From: Sphyrna mokarran | Taxonomy: Eukaryota | Reading direction: 5' to 3' | DNA length: 64,000 nt | Assembly: GCA_024679065.1 (NCBI GenBank) | Contig: JAGIQG010000003.1 | Span: 48,422,001-48,486,000, forward strand | Part shown: positions 59,936-64,000 of the stretch, piece after piece | How the letters are laid out: each line of letters starts with the position of its first letter | How positions within the stretch are numbered: the stretch's first letter is position 1 | The notes under the pieces: model-generated | What the model was told of the DNA's origin: nothing | Seen by the model: only the letters and a program-made list of their open reading frames with translations | Database searches by the model: none | Translations under genes and position numbers: made by a program

Positions 59936-62900
59936 CTACCTTACCCCGGGTCTCTAGCACATACATTGAGGTTAGTAGCATTCTATTCCACAGGTGTTAC
60001 ATGTGGAGTCCAGTGTGGGGGTGAGAACAAATGAATTATCTAACTGAGCCAATGTGACTCTGAAGCCCATTCACTGTCTTGATATTTACAAGCACTGGTT
60101 TGTTCATGTGAATGAATGAAATCCATGTGACCACTGATGGATGGCATTAATTATTAACACATGACTCCCCTTCACTGACAGACTGGCAGAATTGGTGCAG
60201 TTGTCCTCCTTTCATTATAATCTTCACTCCCCAAGGATTCATTCCTGCTTTCTACTATGTAACTTTTCAAAATTTGATGTGAGCATTTCATTTGCTATGA
60301 AAGCAATTCTCTTTCATAGAGCAAAATTAGAAATTTGACTTGCCCTTGATTCTTGGGCAATGTGCTCTCAGTCCTGACGAACTGACCTCGATCTTGTCCG
60401 CTGTGAGTACATGTTGCAAGATGGAGTTCTAGAAGCCAGTTTTGTGGTCCTCCCACACTTTACCATATCTCTTCAATTTGGAAGGCATCATTTTACATGA
60501 GCATCAAGGTGGTGATGTTCCAACTTTATTATATTCCAGCTGTGACTTGAAATGTTAGAAATTATGTTTCAAATTGGCATCCTCACAAAGTTCCATGTTC
60601 CCATCATTCTATTTTCATCAATATCCAATGACATTCAGCATCTCAGCATGTAAACTTACAATTTTGCACAATTTTCAAACATCCCCACACACAGCTCCTT
60701 GCAACCTCTTAACTTTCATTACTGCATTTACACTCAACTCCCCAAAAATTCAACACATCCTTAAGAGCAACTCCAGCTATTCAGTCACTGATAGGTGTAG
60801 CATTATTATGTTATTTGCAAAAAGTTTACAACTAATTGTTATGAGAGTTTACACACAGGGTATACACCCAAAGCAACAATGGATCAATCCACTGACCACA
60901 TATGGAGTGTTGTAAGAAACATGGGCCACGAAGCACTAGTATTTTGAGTCTAGAAGTGTGATTATTTCAAAGTTACAGGAAATAGAAGACATAACAATGG
61001 GCCCTTTCAAACACACAGAGAAACATAATGGAATTCTTCAGTCAATGCTTCTCTCACTTGTCTTCAATTATGCCTTCAGTTGCTCATCAATACTACTACT
61101 CTCTCCTCTCTACATACTCGCTAACTACTGTATCTTTTTCCCCTTCTGAAACATCATCTCCCATCTGAGGCATGATATCATAAATACAAGTTTTTCTTGT
61201 GAAAGCAAAAAAATAAATTGCTTCGGTCTCTAAAAGACAAACCAAAATTAATCACTCAAGTATGTCAGATATCTTTGGTTTGTTTTTGGAATATCCTTCC
61301 TATAACCATAGCATTTTAATTTAATCACACTGATCTCTTTCATGTCACAAATGAATTGTTTATAAGACATCAAATTAATAAAAGGTATTGATTCATTGAT
61401 CAATAGGGCCATGCTGTCATATTATTGAAAATCTCTTTCCAAAATGAAAGATGAAGTGCAAGTTGCAGAACTCTAAATATCCAATGATTCAATGTGACCT
61501 GTAATGACTGGGAATCAAACAGTCACATAAATTTTATGGTGGAAATCCATAACATGTTGGTGGTAAATCTTTTCAGTGTTCCATTTAAATCCCATTGTTA
61601 TTTGTCCAAACCATTGAATTCCTTTGTCTAATCCTCCCGTATTGTTTGGTTTATTTTGCCTTGCAGAGCATGAACCTCACAAATGATAATTTTATTTATC
61701 AGGAAAAGGGTAGCACATTTTGAGAAAAATAGTAATCACAGGAAAATTATAAAGTAGATAATCATTTTCTCCTATGATCAGTTTGTCCATGATATTTTCA
61801 TCGATCAGGAGGACAGTAAACTTACAGCAGCTGACAGAGTAACCAATCCAGCAGTGCACTATAACACTCTCCGCTATGGCCAAACAAATAATTTGAATCA
61901 GTTAAGCCCCACAAAAGGGGAAACGAGTATTGATCCAAACTGAAGTTGAATGCTACATAATTTGATTCAGCTCCAAAACCACATCTGCACTGCACTTGCA
62001 CACTTCCAGCCACTCTGAACACATTTTGGGTAAGTCAGTAGCATGGGTGCAGGGAGCATGCATAAAGACAGAGGATGCAGACTGTGGTGTTGGTCAGCTT
62101 AGAAAGCTGTTTTGACTCTAGCAGTGCCATTTTTGACCCAAACACTCCAATTATCTTCCTCTCTTAACCTTACAGAGCTGAAAACGCATTTAGCAGCAGA
62201 AATGATCCACAATTGAGCTATTTTAAGGGATCGTCAATTAATTTCAGGTTAGTTGCTGACTGATTTCTGCTGGCTGTTGCTAAGTTAATAGAAGTGTGGC
62301 AGAGGCTTGTACTGCACATTGAAATTGCTGACTTCTCTAGGGAACAGTTTGACACGTGTGAAGGAATTGGTTCCGACTTCTAGGGTTTTTCTCAGACCAC
62401 TTGTTCCAGCCATGAGTGACATAGTTTGCATCCCCTTTGATCTACAGCACGACAGAGAAAAGGAACAAAGGAAACAATGAAAATGAAATGCTAAGTTGCT
62501 TAAAAACTTTGGAGAAAACAATCTACACTTGTTTGGTATTACACTGAGCTTGCCTGTGCTCAGCCTTAGCTTCCACTGTAGCATTCAGACATTGGGTAGC
62601 TGCTACTTCTATTGCAATGGCTACTGTGACATCTGGCATCAAATGCTACACCATGTTGCGTTCATATTGTCAGCCTTTTTCTGTAATTGCCCCTTCAAAG
62701 TCCTCATCTGAGTTCTCTGTACCAGAACTCAGAGATGAGTTTTCCTTGAGGTTGCTAGTACCTGCTGCATCCAGAAAAAAACACTATCTCACTGGTGGTC
62801 ACTGCTGACACTGATTGCTACAGTAGCCCTCATATCTCTCCTTTCATGAGTTATGTGAGGACCATTACTACATCAGCAGCAACTATGCTTTGCTGGCACA

Positions 62901-64000
62901 AAGTAAATCTAAAGGGCATCTAAGGCTCCACTTTTCAGGTTTAAGGATTGATCTCTGTACCAAAAACGGACTTGCTGGAATTTCTAGAGCTGCATGTATA
63001 GTGTTCAGCAGCATTAAACAACACCAAAAGGTTGGTGTGCCTCTGTTTGTTCAACATTTCTCTTTAAGCTCAGCCAAGCTTAAATCGGCAAAAGCATGAC
63101 AAAGCACTCCCAAATCCAAATCACACGTAAAGTCCCAGGCAAGATCCCAAAATAGCAGGACAAGGCAATTGCCAAGAGCTACTAGAAAATCTGAACCAAG
63201 TGATAATGCTTCAACAGGAGAGCCAAAGACCCAATGTTAATAAAGAGAAGGACTGATTCACCTTCAGAAGCAGCCACTGGAGCCATTATTGAGATTAATT
63301 GATCATTTCAGAATCAATGAAGTGTTGAAGAATGTTCAAATATGTTCAAACTTGTAACACTTCTCAGCTCATAAAAGTTTTCTACAGCTACCGAGAGTAT
63401 ACCAAACTGAATTTTCAGAATATCCTGGTAATTTTTACAGACATGCTCCCTTGATGCATTGGAGGTGCTGGGGAACATTGATGGTTTCACTCATCCAAAG
63501 AAAGAGAAAAGAATGTTAATTGCGGGGTGGAATCACAGGAAAACTGTAATGTTTTCTGATCCTCTGTGAGTAATTCTTCCAGCTCTAATCAAGGCATATG
63601 ATTGATTACATCATTAATATCACTCTACTGCACAATTTTGTGTGAATTTACACATTGAAAATTTACTGTCATTCCTTAGTTTCATTTTTCTCAAACTCTT
63701 TGGTTCTCAGTATCTTCTCTCCACACTTCATGGAGATCCACTGAACACAGTTTCTAATGATATCTCCATCATTTGAAAAATATGCTGATATTATTGAAGG
63801 GAAGGAATAACATTGAATACTTTCCTCAAAAATCTGAGCAACATTTTTAAATGTTCAGTAACCATAGCACTGCTTAACGTTGATATCAGTACATGTCTTT
63901 CTGACATCAGTGAAGAAGATTCCATCTTCTCCACTTGCCCCAATATATCTTGCCCCTAAATCTGACCATTTCCAGAAATTAAGGACTCCATATTTAAAAG

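Noticed and set aside
60340-60540. Harbinger transposase C-terminal remnant
   Set aside because: The resemblance to RCLD...CMLHN is faint and needs several frameshifts, so it cannot be supported without a profile search.
62500-63300. Coding-looking stretch (ORFs 62617, 62890)
   Set aside because: It has in-frame stops and no recognisable domain. It may be a very decayed Harbinger Myb C-terminus, but the evidence is too weak to call.

Overview
Eukaryotic, AT-rich, non-coding DNA that looks like a cartilaginous fish (shark) gene desert or very large intron. The taxon call rests on many HE1-type V-SINEs, HER1/CR1 LINE 3' ends and a Deu-domain SINE. No host protein-coding gene could be recognised, and the ORF track is made of TE fragments or chance ORFs. 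The repeats include CR1/HER1, L2, RTE and Rex1/Babar LINE 3' ends, several SINE families and solo-LTR-like sequences. There are also at least four decayed PIF/Harbinger Myb/SANT gene relics, some keeping intron boundaries. Penelope-like remnants carry minimal hammerhead ribozyme motifs, best seen at 7540-7575 and 48361-48398. Other notable items are a 5S rRNA pseudogene fused directly to a V-SINE, V-SINEs with swapped 3' tails, a short templated insertion inside a LINE, and several repeat-free blocks resembling conserved developmental enhancers. All family assignments come from recalled consensus features, not database searches, and boundaries are approximate.
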